A stretch of DNA of 64,000 nt, taken from contig CAVOFT010000001.1 in NCBI GenBank assembly GCA_963695095.1, positions 1,184,001-1,248,000 of the forward strand. Direction: 5' to 3'. Below are positions 18,546-28,906 of this stretch, in pieces. The DNA is from an uncultured bacterium. Its GTDB lineage: Bacteria; Krumholzibacteriota; Krumholzibacteriia; JACNKJ01. The notes below the pieces were generated by a model. The model worked only from the letters and a program-made list of their open reading frames with translations, had not been told where the DNA came from and did not search any database. The first letter of the stretch is position 1. Every line of letters begins with the position of its first letter. The position numbers were made by a program, and so were the translations under genes.

Positions 18546-20201
18546 ATGAAGGGCTTACGCTTTGCCCTCGCCGCGGCGCTGGCGGGTCTGCCCGCCCTGA
18601 GCGGAGCGGCGCCCGAGCTCGAGTGGGCCGCGACCCACGACGGCGGCGGCCTCTACGTGGACGAGGCCCGCCTTGCCCTCACGGACCCCGCGGGCAACCT
18701 GGTGCTGGCCGGCACCAGCCACGACGGCGTGGACGGCCTGGACCTGCTGGCCATGAAGCTGGCCAAGGACACGGGCGCCGTGCTCTGGGAGCGCCGCCAG
18801 CCCTCCTTCGACACCAACGACATGGCCGTGAGCGCGCTGAGCTGGGACGGGCTCGGCGACCTGCTCCTCGTCGGCTATGTCGTCGGCTGCGTGGGTTGAG
18901 GCCACGGCGACGACATCGTCGTCCTGAAGCTGGACGGCGAGACCGGAGAGGTTCTCTGGTTACAGCACTACGCTCCCGCAGGTGATCAGCACGAAACGGC
19001 CTACGCCGTGGCCGCGGCGCCGAACGGCGATGCCTTTGTCGTGGGGCGCGCCTACACGGCCGGCCGCATGGACGACGTCATCGCCCTGCGCCTGGCTGCC
19101 GCCGACGGCCACATCCTCTGGCTGAACCGCCTCGACGGCGGCAATGCCCGCAATGACCGCGGCTACGCCTGCGTGGCGGACGCCGCCGGTGACCTCGTCA
19201 TCACCGGCATCGCGGTGAACCCGGACGAATCGGCGGACTTCCTCACCCTCAAGCTGGCCGGCGAGGACGGCCAGCTGCACTGGACGCGGCGCGAGCCCGG
19301 CGCCGTCAACAACGAGACGCCGTCGGGCTGGCTGGGCCTGGCTGCGGAGGGCGGCGACGTCTTCATGGCCAACAAGACCTGGCAGACGGGCTACTCCTTC
19401 GACGCCGTGCTCGCGCGCTACGCGGGCGCTGACGGCGCCGTGCTCTGGAGCCGGCAATACGACAACGCCGGCGCGGCGGACGACCCGCGGCAGATGATCG
19501 TCGACGGCGCGGGCTGGCCCGTGGTGGCCGGCGTCTCGGCGGGCAACATGATGACGATGCGCGTGGACCCGACCAGCGGCGATCCCCTCTGGACCCGCTT
19601 CAAGGACGGGCCCATGGGCTGGTACGACCTCGCCAACTGCCTGGGCCTGGGCCCCGAGGGGCTGATCCTCGCCGCCGGCTTCATGGACGGCGGTGCGTCC
19701 ACCTGGGACGCGGCCGTGGTTGCCTACGCACCCGATACGGGCGATGAGGCCTGGACACTGGTCTGGGACGGCGCGGACAGCCTCACCGACGAGCTGCGCG
19801 CGCTCGCGCTCGCGCCCACGGGCGAGCTCTATGCCGTGGGCTACAGCTACGCGACCTCGACGGACATGGACATGCTCGCCCTGCAGTATCGCTTCGCGCC
19901 GACGGCGGTGGACTCGCCCTGGCAGCCGGCCGCGCTCGAGGCGCGCGCCTGGCCCAATCCCTTCCGCGAATCCGTGCAGCTTCGCCTCGCCCTGCCCGCC
20001 GCGGGCAGCTATCGCGCGGAGATCTTCGATGCGCAGGGCCGCCGCGTGCGGAGCCTCGACGGCGAGGCCGCGTCCGGCGAACTGAGCCTGCTGTGGGACG
20101 GCCGGGACGCGGAGGGGCGCGCGGCTCCGGCCGGTCTCTACTTCGTGCGCATCACGAGCGGCGGCGGCGAGTGGCGGGGGCGGCTGCTGCGCCTGCGCTA
20201 G
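18546..20201 (+). CDS. Secreted 8-blade beta-propeller (SBBP/PQQ-like repeats) with FlgD-Ig tail; in-frame TGA at 18897-18899 in a CxxU motif; candidate selenoprotein (551 aa)
   Basis: AAGGA RBS; signal peptide; ...LLLVGYVVGCVG*GHGDDIVVLKLDGETGEVLWLQHY... continues in frame into ORF 19008-20201; blade repeats G..D....(K/R)L...G..LW; PNPFR...AGLYFVRI tail. Confidence 0.8.
18897..18940 (+). promoter_or_regulatory. Candidate bacterial SECIS element
   Basis: UGA + 16 nt, then stem TCGTCGTCC(18916-18924), loop TGAAGCT, GGACGGCGA(18932-18940); loop 25 nt from the UGA with G at loop position 2. Confidence 0.55.
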
Positions 20202-20233
20202 TTGCCCGCTTCGGTCCGCTGAAGAACGATTCG

Positions 20234-20264
20234 ACGCCCCGGTGCTCTGGTCCGGGGCGTTTCT
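20234..20264 (+). terminator. Intrinsic terminator
   Basis: ACGCCCCGG...CCGGGGCGT followed by TTCT. Confidence 0.6.
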
Positions 20265-20356
20265 GTAGCGTGCGGCAGGAAGTGCGAGCGATCGGCAGCG
20301 GGTGTATACTCCCAAGCGTCGGGCAAGGGTGCTGCCGATGAGGGGAGGTCCTGGTG

Positions 20357-21949
20357 ATGGGCAAACGCTGCTTCGCAGCTGGGATAGTGCTTGCGATGCT
20401 GCCAAGCGGCTTTGCGAGCGGGGCAGAGGCCGCTCAGCTCCACGTCCCGCTCGAGTACCCCACGATCCAGGCAGCGGTCGATGCAGCGGCGCCGGGGGAC
20501 AGCGTCATGGTCTCACCTGGAATCTATGCCGCTCCGCCAGATTCAACACGGATCCTCCGGTGCATCGGAAAGGCCATTTACGTCATCGGCACGGCCGGTA
20601 GCGATTCCACCATCCTGTACGGGGCTGGCGGGGGAGGCCTATCCCTCATCGATGTGCCTCCTCCCGGGTTGAGCCTTCAGGGACTGACCATTGAAGAGTG
20701 CGCTGGTGGGATCTACTGCAGCGGCAGCGACCTCCTATGTTCGGAGATCCAGTGGCGCGGGAACTGCAGCGACCTTTACGCTGGCGGGCTGACGCTGATC
20801 AACTCCGTGGCTCGCATCACCGGTTCGGGTTTCGCAGACAACCGCAGCGGCTGGGATACCATTAGCGGTGGGTTTGGTGGAGCCCTCTATCTCTGGGGGG
20901 AGTCCTCCGCCTATCTCTCCGAGGTGGAGTTTTTGCGAAACGAGGCAAGCTTTGGAGGCGGTGCAATCGCCATGCTCCACGCGGATTCGCTCACCCTCGA
21001 TCGCGTGAGTTTCGAAGACAACAGCGGGCACTCCGGCGGCGCGCTGTACGTGGAAGCCAGCTCTGCCGAGGATTCGTCCAGTGTTCGGATACAGGAGTCG
21101 GTCTTCCATAGCAATTCGGCGGTGGGGGACGGCGGTGCAATCCGAGCTGCTGGCGGCCGACTGGAGCTTGAGGCTGTGGTCATCAGCGGAAACGAAGCGG
21201 GCCAGTATGGGGGCGGTATCGATTGCTCGCGGACTGCGTTGAGAATCGCCAGCTGCACGATCGCGCGCAACCAATCCACAGTGGGCGGCGCGGCCATTCA
21301 CGTCGACGACGGCGGCGAAGCGGGGAGCGTGAGCTTGGAGGTCTGCATCGTCGCCCTGAACACGGGCTCAAGCAGCCTCGAGTGGGCCGGCGACGGGGCA
21401 GCGCCCGTGCTCGCGTGCTGCGATGTCTTTGCCACGAACGGCGACCACTTCGGCGGCGCTTGGCCGGATGTCATCGGCCAGGACGGCAACTTCTCGGCGT
21501 ATCCCTACTTCTGCGGTACAGGGCCCTACGATGAGCAGAGCGGAGCGGACTTCAGCTACGAGCTTCAGACGAACTCGCCCTGCCTGCCGGGAGGCAATCC
21601 CTGCGGCATCTTGGTCGGTGCTTTCGGCGAGGGTTGTATCGCCAGCGTCGCAGGGGATTCGGATAGCGCCGACTGGCAGCCCGCCCGCGCGCTTCCGAAT
21701 CCCTTCGTGGAGACCACGCGGATTCGCGGCGCACTGCCGGGAGCGGGACCTGCGATGCTGTGCATCTACGACATCAGGGGGCGCAAGCTGCGCGAGCTGA
21801 AAGCTCTCGCGGGCGCCAACGAGTCCGCTGTCGAGTTTGCCTGGGACGGCCGCGACGGCGAGGGCCGACCCGCGCCGTGTGGCGTGTACCTGTACCGGAT
21901 TGAACGGGAAGGCCGGCGGCTCTCGGGGCGAGTCACCAGGCTGCGCTAA
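20357..21949 (+). CDS. Secreted right-handed beta-helix protein (Pmp-like GGA[I/L]/FxxN repeats) with FlgD-Ig tail
   Basis: VPLEYPTIQAAVDAA, repeated FxxN...GGA(I/L), YELQTNSPCLPG, PNPFV...GVYLYRI; GGAGG RBS. Confidence 0.85.
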   Translation: MGKRCFAAGIVLAMLPSGFASGAEAAQLHVPLEYPTIQAAVDAAAPGDSVMVSPGIYAAPPDSTRILRCIGKAIYVIGTAGSDSTILYGAGGGGLSLIDVPPPGLSLQGLTIEECAGGIYCSGSDLLCSEIQWRGNCSDLYAGGLTLINSVARITGSGFADNRSGWDTISGGFGGALYLWGESSAYLSEVEFLRNEASFGGGAIAMLHADSLTLDRVSFEDNSGHSGGALYVEASSAEDSSSVRIQESVFHSNSAVGDGGAIRAAGGRLELEAVVISGNEAGQYGGGIDCSRTALRIASCTIARNQSTVGGAAIHVDDGGEAGSVSLEVCIVALNTGSSSLEWAGDGAAPVLACCDVFATNGDHFGGAWPDVIGQDGNFSAYPYFCGTGPYDEQSGADFSYELQTNSPCLPGGNPCGILVGAFGEGCIASVAGDSDSADWQPARALPNPFVETTRIRGALPGAGPAMLCIYDIRGRKLRELKALAGANESAVEFAWDGRDGEGRPAPCGVYLYRIEREGRRLSGRVTRLR

Positions 21950-21967
21950 GGTGGACCACGCCAGCGC

Positions 21968-22537
21968 CTAGTTGCCCGCTGACACCAGCGCGTAGATGAC
22001 CGGCAGCAGGATGCCGATCAGCATCAGCACGCCGCCGCGGCCCATGAGGCCCTTCTTGCCGCGCACGAGGAAGATCCCCGAGATGGCCAGCACGATGACG
22101 ATGCCGGCATAGACATCGGCCACGCCCGTCCAGAGGCGCTTGCCCGTGTTCAAGTGCATGAAGTTCATCTCGAAGAGCCAGGGCCGCTTGGCCGCGCTGT
22201 CCCGCTGGTACTCGCCGGTGACGAGGTTCACCTCGATCTTGCCGCCGCTCTCGAGGAAGACGGCCAGGTAGTCCTGGCCCGAGCGCCAGGTGCTCTTCAC
22301 GGCCAGCTCGGGGTCCTGCGCGCGCAGGCGATCGAGCACCAGCGGCGTGACGAGCGCGGTCTCACCCGCCCCCGGGGGCGCCATCTGCTCGCGCACGCGC
22401 GTGCGCGCGTAGTTCGCGTCCCAGTGGTGGACGTGGTTCAGCGCCAGACCGCTGATCGCGTAGACGAGGGTCAGCCCCACCGCGAGGAAACCCAGCTCGC
22501 GGTGGAGCCAGAGGCATACCCGACGAAAAGTGCTCAT
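21968..22537 (-). CDS. PepSY-associated TM helix domain protein
   Basis: LWLHRELGFLAVGLTLVYAISGLALNH, NFMHLN, W...AD.Y....AISG. Confidence 0.8.
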   Translation of the reverse strand: MSTFRRVCLWLHRELGFLAVGLTLVYAISGLALNHVHHWDANYARTRVREQMAPPGAGETALVTPLVLDRLRAQDPELAVKSTWRSGQDYLAVFLESGGKIEVNLVTGEYQRDSAAKRPWLFEMNFMHLNTGKRLWTGVADVYAGIVIVLAISGIFLVRGKKGLMGRGGVLMLIGILLPVIYALVSAGN

Positions 22538-22547
22538 GCTGCTGCGG

Positions 22548-23090
22548 CTAGCCTTTGTGCTGGGGCTTCACGGCCTCCAGCGCGTTCGGCTCGGCCTTGG
22601 GATCCGCCTTGGGGGCGGCGGCCGCCTCGAGCGCCACGGCGCCCGTGCCCGAGAGCTGATAGAGCGTCATGCAGTCGGTCACGTGCTCGGGGTTGAACTC
22701 CTCGCCCTTCTTCTCGGCCTGCGCGCCGCAGTACTGCTTGGTCGTCTCGAGATCCAGCTTGTTGGCCGTCCAGACGCCCTCGGCGATGACAGTGGAGCCC
22801 AGGATGCTCGCCGGGAAGACGATGACGCCGTCCTCCACCTTGACCCGCAGGGTCTCGCCTTCCTTGTCCGAGCCGATGTTGATCCAGCAGCCGCGGTGCT
22901 CGCAGACGCCCACGGCGAGGCCCTCGACGCGCAGGGTCTGGCCGACATAGGCATCCGGGGTGGCCAGGAGCTGGCTCACGGGGATCGTCTCGCGGGAGCT
23001 GACACCCTTGCCGTAGACGGTCTCGCCGGCCAGGCTGAGGGCGGGAACGAGGAGGGCGAGGCAGAAAGCGACGATGATTCCCTTGCGCAT
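22548..23090 (-). CDS. Exported OB-fold protein (DUF4920-like)
   Basis: Signal peptide, YGKGV, LRVEGLAVGVCEHRGCWINI, RVKVEDGVIVFP, YQLSGTGAV. Confidence 0.75.
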   Translation of the reverse strand: MRKGIIVAFCLALLVPALSLAGETVYGKGVSSRETIPVSQLLATPDAYVGQTLRVEGLAVGVCEHRGCWINIGSDKEGETLRVKVEDGVIVFPASILGSTVIAEGVWTANKLDLETTKQYCGAQAEKKGEEFNPEHVTDCMTLYQLSGTGAVALEAAAAPKADPKAEPNALEAVKPQHKG

Positions 23091-23301
23091 GTGCGCGTCT
23101 CCTTGGGTGAGGGGGTGAGCCGCCAGGATAGCAGTAATCCATAACAAGGTGAAGGAGATCCTCAACCCGCGCAAGGGGCTGGGGTTCCCAATCCGGACCC
23201 CTTTCCCCTCAATATTCCCGCGGCGGCTGCCGATGAAGGCTCTGGCGGGGCGTCCCTGGGCCGGGGCGCCTCCGTCCGCGCCGCAGGCGGAAAGGGGGGC
23301 C

Positions 23302-25236
23302 ATGCCCAGTCTCCACGAGGATCGCCTGGCCGACCTGCTCGGCCAGCGCCGCCTGCTCAGCGAGGCCGAGATCCGGGGCCTGCTGGAGCGCAGTGCCGGC
23401 GCGGGGCGGGATTTCGAGGCGCAGCTGCTCAGCGAGGGCGGCTTCAGCCGTCGCCAGTTGCTGGAAATCCTCGAAAATCAGTACTTCTGCCCCTCGGCGG
23501 ACCTGCCCGATGAGAGCCCGGCGCCGGCCGCCCTCCTGCTCCTGCCCCGCGCCCTCGCCGAGCGCCACGACTGCCTGCCCGTGGACCTCCGCGGGGACGC
23601 CCTGCGGGTGGCCTTTGCCGATCCCGACGACAAGCCGGCCCGGGAGGCGGTCGCCCGGGCGACCGGCCGCGAGATCCTGCCCCTCGTCGCCCTGCGCACG
23701 GAGCTGGCCCGCTGCCGCCGCGACTGGTATGCGCAGCAGGAGGCGGGCCTGGCCTCGATCCGCCCCGCGGCGCCGGCGGCCTCTGCCGCGGCCCCCGCGC
23801 CGCCTCGCATCGAGCCCATTGCCGATCTGGCCGGACGCACGCCGGCCGAGCTCGTGGCGACCCTGCTCGGGGCCGCCGCGCGCCGCGGCGCCACGGATGT
23901 GCACATCGAGCAAGGCGACGAGGCGCTGGTCCTGCGGCTGCGCCTGGACGGCATCCTGCACACGGTGGCCCGCCTGCCGCGGGAGCAGGCGGCCGGCGTG
24001 ATCTCGCGCATCAAGATCCTCGCCAGCCTGGACATCGCCGAGCACCGCCTGCCCCAGGACGGCCGTTTCAGCACGCGCGAAGGCGACCGCCTCTTCGACC
24101 TGCGCGTGAGCGTGCTGCCCGCCCAGCACGGGGAAAAGATCGTGCTGCGCCTGCTCGAGAAGAAGCTCGAGCTGCTCGACCTGGAGCGGCTCCATCTACC
24201 GCCCGCCATTCGCGAGGCCTACCAGGCCGTGCTCACGAACCCCATGGGCTTCTACCTGGTCTCGGGACCCACCGGCAGCGGCAAGACGACGACGCTCTAC
24301 GCGACCCTGCAATCGCTGGATCGCGAGGTGCTCAACATCGCCACCCTGGAAGATCCCATCGAGTACTCGCTGCCCGGCATCACCCAGACCCAGGTGCAGG
24401 AGGAGATCGGCCTCACCTTCTCCGCTGGCCTGCGCTCGCTCTTGCGGCAGGATCCGGACGTCATCCTCGTCGGCGAGATGCGCGACCTGGAGACGGTGGA
24501 GGTGGCCTGCCGCGCCGCGCTGACGGGACACAAGGTGCTCAGCACCATCCACACCAACGATGCCTGCCAGGTGATCACCCGCCTTCTGGACATGGGCACG
24601 GCGCCGCACCTGATCGCGGCCACCCTGCGCGGCGTGCTCGCCCAGCGCCTCGTGCGCCGCGTCTGCCCCCAGTGCAACGAACGCTATGCGCCGAGCGAGG
24701 CCGAACGCGCCCTGCTCGGCTATCCCGAAGTCGAGGCTCTCGTGCGCGGCCGCGGCTGTGCGCACTGCGCCGGCACCGGCTACAAGGGCCGCATGGGCAT
24801 CTACGAGTACTTCCCAGTGGAGGAGGACATCCACCGGCTCATCCTCGATCGCGCCTCGCCCTATGCCATCCGCTACGCTGCCAAGCGCGCGGGCATGCTG
24901 CTCTTGGCCGACCATGCCAAGCGCGCCGTGCTGGCCGGCGAGACGACGGTGGCCGAGATCCAGCGCGTCGTGCTGGCCGAGGCGCCCCACGAGCAGCTCT
25001 GCCCGCACTGCCAGCGCGTCGTCAACGTGGAGTTCAGCGTCTGTCCCTACTGCCAGACCACGCTCAAGGAGACCTGCGGCGGCTGCGGCCGCCCGGTGGA
25101 GGCCAACTGGGAGAGCTGCCCCGCCTGCGGCGTCCACCTGGAGCGGGAATGGGAGAAGATCTACTGCCGGCACTGCCTGGCGCCGGTGCGCCCGGACTGG
25201 GAGAGCTGCCACTTCTGCGGAGGTGCCCTGCGATGA
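23302..25236 (+). CDS. GspE/PilB-family secretion ATPase with degenerate MshEN N-terminus and C-terminal zinc ribbons
   Basis: ATDVHIE, RLDG, RIKILASLDIAEHRLPQDGR, GPTGSGKTTTLY, TLEDPIEY, LRQDPDVILVGEMRD, TGHKVLSTIHTN, AQRLVRRVC; six extra CxxC motifs at the end. Confidence 0.92.
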   Translation: MPSLHEDRLADLLGQRRLLSEAEIRGLLERSAGAGRDFEAQLLSEGGFSRRQLLEILENQYFCPSADLPDESPAPAALLLLPRALAERHDCLPVDLRGDALRVAFADPDDKPAREAVARATGREILPLVALRTELARCRRDWYAQQEAGLASIRPAAPAASAAAPAPPRIEPIADLAGRTPAELVATLLGAAARRGATDVHIEQGDEALVLRLRLDGILHTVARLPREQAAGVISRIKILASLDIAEHRLPQDGRFSTREGDRLFDLRVSVLPAQHGEKIVLRLLEKKLELLDLERLHLPPAIREAYQAVLTNPMGFYLVSGPTGSGKTTTLYATLQSLDREVLNIATLEDPIEYSLPGITQTQVQEEIGLTFSAGLRSLLRQDPDVILVGEMRDLETVEVACRAALTGHKVLSTIHTNDACQVITRLLDMGTAPHLIAATLRGVLAQRLVRRVCPQCNERYAPSEAERALLGYPEVEALVRGRGCAHCAGTGYKGRMGIYEYFPVEEDIHRLILDRASPYAIRYAAKRAGMLLLADHAKRAVLAGETTVAEIQRVVLAEAPHEQLCPHCQRVVNVEFSVCPYCQTTLKETCGGCGRPVEANWESCPACGVHLEREWEKIYCRHCLAPVRPDWESCHFCGGALR

Positions 25237-26924
25237 ACAGCGGCAAGGACCTGATGCCCACCGGCATCGCGGGACTGGACCATCTGCTCGGCGGCGGCCT
25301 CGTGCGCGGCAACAGCTTGCTCGTCGAAGGGCCGCCCGGCAGCGGCAAGACCACCGTCGCCCTGCGCACGCTCTATGCCGGCGCTCAGCAGTTCGACGAG
25401 CCGGGCCTCATCCTCACCTTCGAGGAATTCCCGCGCCAGATCTACGAGGAGGCGGCGGGCTTCGGCATGGACCTGGCGGGGCTCGAGAAGCAGGGCAAGC
25501 TGCGCGTGGTGTGGACGCCGCCGGAGCGCATCCTGCAGGGCTTCGCCGGCAAGAGCGATCTCGTCGAGAACATCGTGCGCGAGCTGGGCGTGCGGCGCCT
25601 GGTCATCGACAGCATCACGCACTTCAAGCGGGTTGCCCACTCGGAGACCGAACTGCGCGAGACCCTGGCCGAGATCCTCAACTTCCTCAAGCTGCGCGGG
25701 ATCAACGCCATGCTCGTCAAGGAACTCGAGCGCATGGACGACGCCACCATCGCCTTCGAGGAGTACCTCGTCGACGCGAGCTTGCGCGTCTACAACGCGC
25801 GCTCGGGCCACGGGGGCGACAACGAGCGCTTCCTCGAGGTGCGCAAGACGCGCGGGCAGTCGCACATCTCGGGCCTGCATCCCTTCGAGCTGGGGGAGAC
25901 GGGCGTCGTCGTCTATCCGCGCCTGCGCCCCGAGGACGTGCGGCGTTCGCCGGCGCCGCAGGCCGTTCGCCGCCGCGTGCCGCTGGGCGTGGCCGGCCTG
26001 GACGCCATGCTCGAAGGCGGCTTCTGGACGGGCTCCTTCAACCTGGCCGCCGGCTATCAGGGCACGGGCAAGACGGTGCTCGCCTACCACTTCATCGACG
26101 AGGGCCTGCGCCGCGGCGAGAGCTGCCGCTCGGTGGTCTTCAACCGCCGGCCCGAGGACCTGCTGGGCGAGGCCCGGAGTCTGGGCTTCGACTGGGATGA
26201 AGCCCTGGCTTCCGGTCGCCTCTGCGTGGATGCCTTCACGCGCGGCGGCATGAGCATGGAGAAGCTGCTGGGGGCGCTGGATGTCGCCCTGCACGCGGGG
26301 CCGCCGCAGCGCTTCGTGCTCGAGTCCCTGGACGATCTCTTCGCCCTGCCCGGCCGCGACCGCCGGGTGGCCGACGGCGTGCAGGTGCTGCGCGCCCTGC
26401 TCGCCGACGTGGGCGCCACCGCGCTCCTGCTCCACCGCGCGCAGAGCCTCGCGGGCGACCTCATGGACAATGCCCGCGAGATCGGGGAGTTCACCGACGG
26501 CATCCTGCAGTTCTCCCTGGCCGAGAACGAGGGACGGCTCTGCCGCTTCCTCAGCGTGCGCAAGCACGCGGGCAGCAATCACGCCAAGGAGCTGCGCGAG
26601 CTGGAGATCGGTCCGCGCGGCATGGAGGTGGCCGACAGCGCCGGCCGCCACCGCGGCATCCTCACCGGCCAGCTCGAGCTGGCCCCGGCGGAGGCCGCGC
26701 CCGAGGTGCTGCCGCGCATCAAGGCCGTGCGGGACATCTTCCAGGATCTGCTCGCCGCCACCGGGCTGCCCGAGGACCTGCGCCGCCGCGTGATGGCCGC
26801 GCGGCGGGAGCTGGTGCTGGCCGATGTCGTGCTGCAGGAGCACTTCGGCGGCACGCATTTCGCGCAGATGGCAGTCCGCCGCCGCGAAGAGCCGGCGCCC
26901 GAGCCCGCGGGCGGCCACCGCTAG
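25233..26924 (+). CDS. KaiC-like tandem RecA-fold ATPase
   Basis: PTGIAGLDHLLGGG, GPPGSGKT, TFEE, RLVIDSIT, EEYLVD, LEVRKTRG; second domain LGVAGLDAMLEGG, GYQGTGKT, SVRKHAGSNH; ATGA overlap with the upstream ATPase. Confidence 0.88.
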   Translation: MNSGKDLMPTGIAGLDHLLGGGLVRGNSLLVEGPPGSGKTTVALRTLYAGAQQFDEPGLILTFEEFPRQIYEEAAGFGMDLAGLEKQGKLRVVWTPPERILQGFAGKSDLVENIVRELGVRRLVIDSITHFKRVAHSETELRETLAEILNFLKLRGINAMLVKELERMDDATIAFEEYLVDASLRVYNARSGHGGDNERFLEVRKTRGQSHISGLHPFELGETGVVVYPRLRPEDVRRSPAPQAVRRRVPLGVAGLDAMLEGGFWTGSFNLAAGYQGTGKTVLAYHFIDEGLRRGESCRSVVFNRRPEDLLGEARSLGFDWDEALASGRLCVDAFTRGGMSMEKLLGALDVALHAGPPQRFVLESLDDLFALPGRDRRVADGVQVLRALLADVGATALLLHRAQSLAGDLMDNAREIGEFTDGILQFSLAENEGRLCRFLSVRKHAGSNHAKELRELEIGPRGMEVADSAGRHRGILTGQLELAPAEAAPEVLPRIKAVRDIFQDLLAATGLPEDLRRRVMAARRELVLADVVLQEHFGGTHFAQMAVRRREEPAPEPAGGHR

Positions 26925-26968
26925 TCGAAGTCGGCGGGCCCCGGCGAGCGCCACTGCCCGGCCCGCTC

Positions 26969-28894
26969 TCAGGCCAGTTCGGGCCGATCGCGGAACAGGG
27001 CGAGGGCTTCCGGGTTGGCCAGGGCCTCGGTGTTCTTCACGGGCCGGCCGTGGATGACTTCTCGCACGGCCAGCTCGGAGATCTTGCCGCTGCGGGTGCG
27101 CGGAATGTCGGCCACCTGCAGGATGACCGCCGGCACGTGCCGCGGCGTCGTGTGCTCGCGGATGCGCCGGCCGATGCGGGCGCGCAGGGCGTCGTCGAGC
27201 TGGAGCCCCGCGCGCAGGCGCACGAAGAGCAGCACGCGCTGGTCGCCGCCCACCTCCTGGCCCACGACGATGGCCTCCTCCACCTCGGGCACCTGCTCCA
27301 CCTGCCGGTAGATCTCGGCCGTGCCGATCCTCACGCCGCCCGGGTTCAAGGTCGAATCGCTGCGCCCGTGGATCACGATGCCACCGTGCTCGGTGAGTTC
27401 GACGCGATCCCCATGTCGCCAGACGCCCGGGAAGTGCTCGAAGTAGGCGGCGCGGTAGCGGCTGCCGTCGGCATCGCCCCAGAAGCCGATGGGCATGGAG
27501 GGCGCGGGAGCCGTGCAGACCAGTTCCCCGGGCTCGCCCAGCAGCGGCCGGCCCTCGTCGTCCCAGACCTCCACCTTCATGCCCAGGCCGCGGCACTGGA
27601 TCTCGCCGCGCCAGACGGGCAGCAGGGGATTGCCCAGCATGAAGCAGGAGACGATGTCCGTGCCGCCCGCGATGCTGGCGAGCAGGAGGTCCGCCTTCAC
27701 TTCCGCATAGACCCAGTCGAAGGACTCGGGGGCCAGGGGCGAACCCGTCGAGAGGATCGTCTGCAGGGCCGAGAGCTCGTGCGTGCGACGCGGCGAGAGC
27801 CCGGCCTTCTTGCAGGCGTCCAGGTACTTGGCGCTGGTGCCGAACTGGGTGAGCCGCTCCTCGACGGCCAGGTCCCAGAGCGTCTCCGGCCCCGGGTGGA
27901 AGGGGCTGCCGTCGTAGAGCACCAGCGTGGCGCCGCTGGCCAGGCCCGTGACCAGCCAGTTCCACATCATCCAGCCCGTGGTGGTGAAGTAGAAGAAGCG
28001 GTCGCCGGCGCGCAGGTCCGTGTGCAGGCGATGCTCCTTCAGGTGCTGGAGGAGCGTGCCGCCGGCGCCGTGGGTGATGCACTTGGGCCGCCCGGTGGTG
28101 CCGGACGAGTAGAGGATGTAGAGCGGATGGTCGAAGGGGAAGCGCGGCAGCGCCAGCTCGCCCGCGGGCGCGCTGGCCAGGAAGGCCGCGTAATCCTCGG
28201 TGCCGGGCACGGTGCCCGGCTCCGTGCCGCCCGTGTCGCGGATCACGAAGCAGCGCTCCACGCTGGGCAGTCCGGCGAGCACCCCGCGCAGCTTCTCCTC
28301 GGAGCTGTGTACAACGCCTTTGTAAAGATGGCCGTCGGCCACGATGAGGAACTTGGGCGCGATCTGGCCGAAGCGGTCCACGACGCCCTCGACGCCGAAG
28401 TCCGGCGAGGCCGAGGACCAGATGGCGCCCAGGCTCGTCACGGCGAGGGCGGCGACGATGGTCTCGGGCAGGTTGGGCACGAAGGCGGCGACGCGATCGC
28501 CTTCCCGCAGGCCCGCGGCCTGGAAGGCGCGCTGGAGCCGGCTGACCTGCTCGTGCAGCTGGGCGTAGCTCAGCTCGCGGCGCGCCCCATCCTCGCGGCG
28601 AAAGATGATCGCGGGCGCATCGTCCCGCCGCCAGAGCAGGTTCTCCACGAAGCTGAGCCGCGCGTCGGGAAACCAGCGCGCGCCGGGCAGGCGCTGGCCG
28701 TCCACGAGCGCGCGCGCGCCCACTTCGCCGCGCACGGCGCAGAAGTCCCAGACGGCGCGCCAGAAGGCGGCCGGCTCGGCCACCGACCAGCGATAGAGCC
28801 CATCGTAATCGCCATGACCCGTTGCGCGAAGAAAGGCCATCATCTGCGAGGCCTCGGTGCGGGCCGCGGGCGGGCTCCAGAGCGCTGCGGGCAT
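26969..28894 (-). CDS. Acetoacetate--CoA ligase
   Basis: [95 protein letters not shown]. Confidence 0.95.
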   Translation of the reverse strand: MPAALWSPPAARTEASQMMAFLRATGHGDYDGLYRWSVAEPAAFWRAVWDFCAVRGEVGARALVDGQRLPGARWFPDARLSFVENLLWRRDDAPAIIFRREDGARRELSYAQLHEQVSRLQRAFQAAGLREGDRVAAFVPNLPETIVAALAVTSLGAIWSSASPDFGVEGVVDRFGQIAPKFLIVADGHLYKGVVHSSEEKLRGVLAGLPSVERCFVIRDTGGTEPGTVPGTEDYAAFLASAPAGELALPRFPFDHPLYILYSSGTTGRPKCITHGAGGTLLQHLKEHRLHTDLRAGDRFFYFTTTGWMMWNWLVTGLASGATLVLYDGSPFHPGPETLWDLAVEERLTQFGTSAKYLDACKKAGLSPRRTHELSALQTILSTGSPLAPESFDWVYAEVKADLLLASIAGGTDIVSCFMLGNPLLPVWRGEIQCRGLGMKVEVWDDEGRPLLGEPGELVCTAPAPSMPIGFWGDADGSRYRAAYFEHFPGVWRHGDRVELTEHGGIVIHGRSDSTLNPGGVRIGTAEIYRQVEQVPEVEEAIVVGQEVGGDQRVLLFVRLRAGLQLDDALRARIGRRIREHTTPRHVPAVILQVADIPRTRSGKISELAVREVIHGRPVKNTEALANPEALALFRDRPELA

Positions 28895-28906
28895 CCTCGC
28901 CTCCGC

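Noticed and set aside
25233..26924. Circadian clock (true kaiC)
   Set aside because: No kaiA or kaiB nearby, no ST phosphorylation sites and a degenerate second domain.
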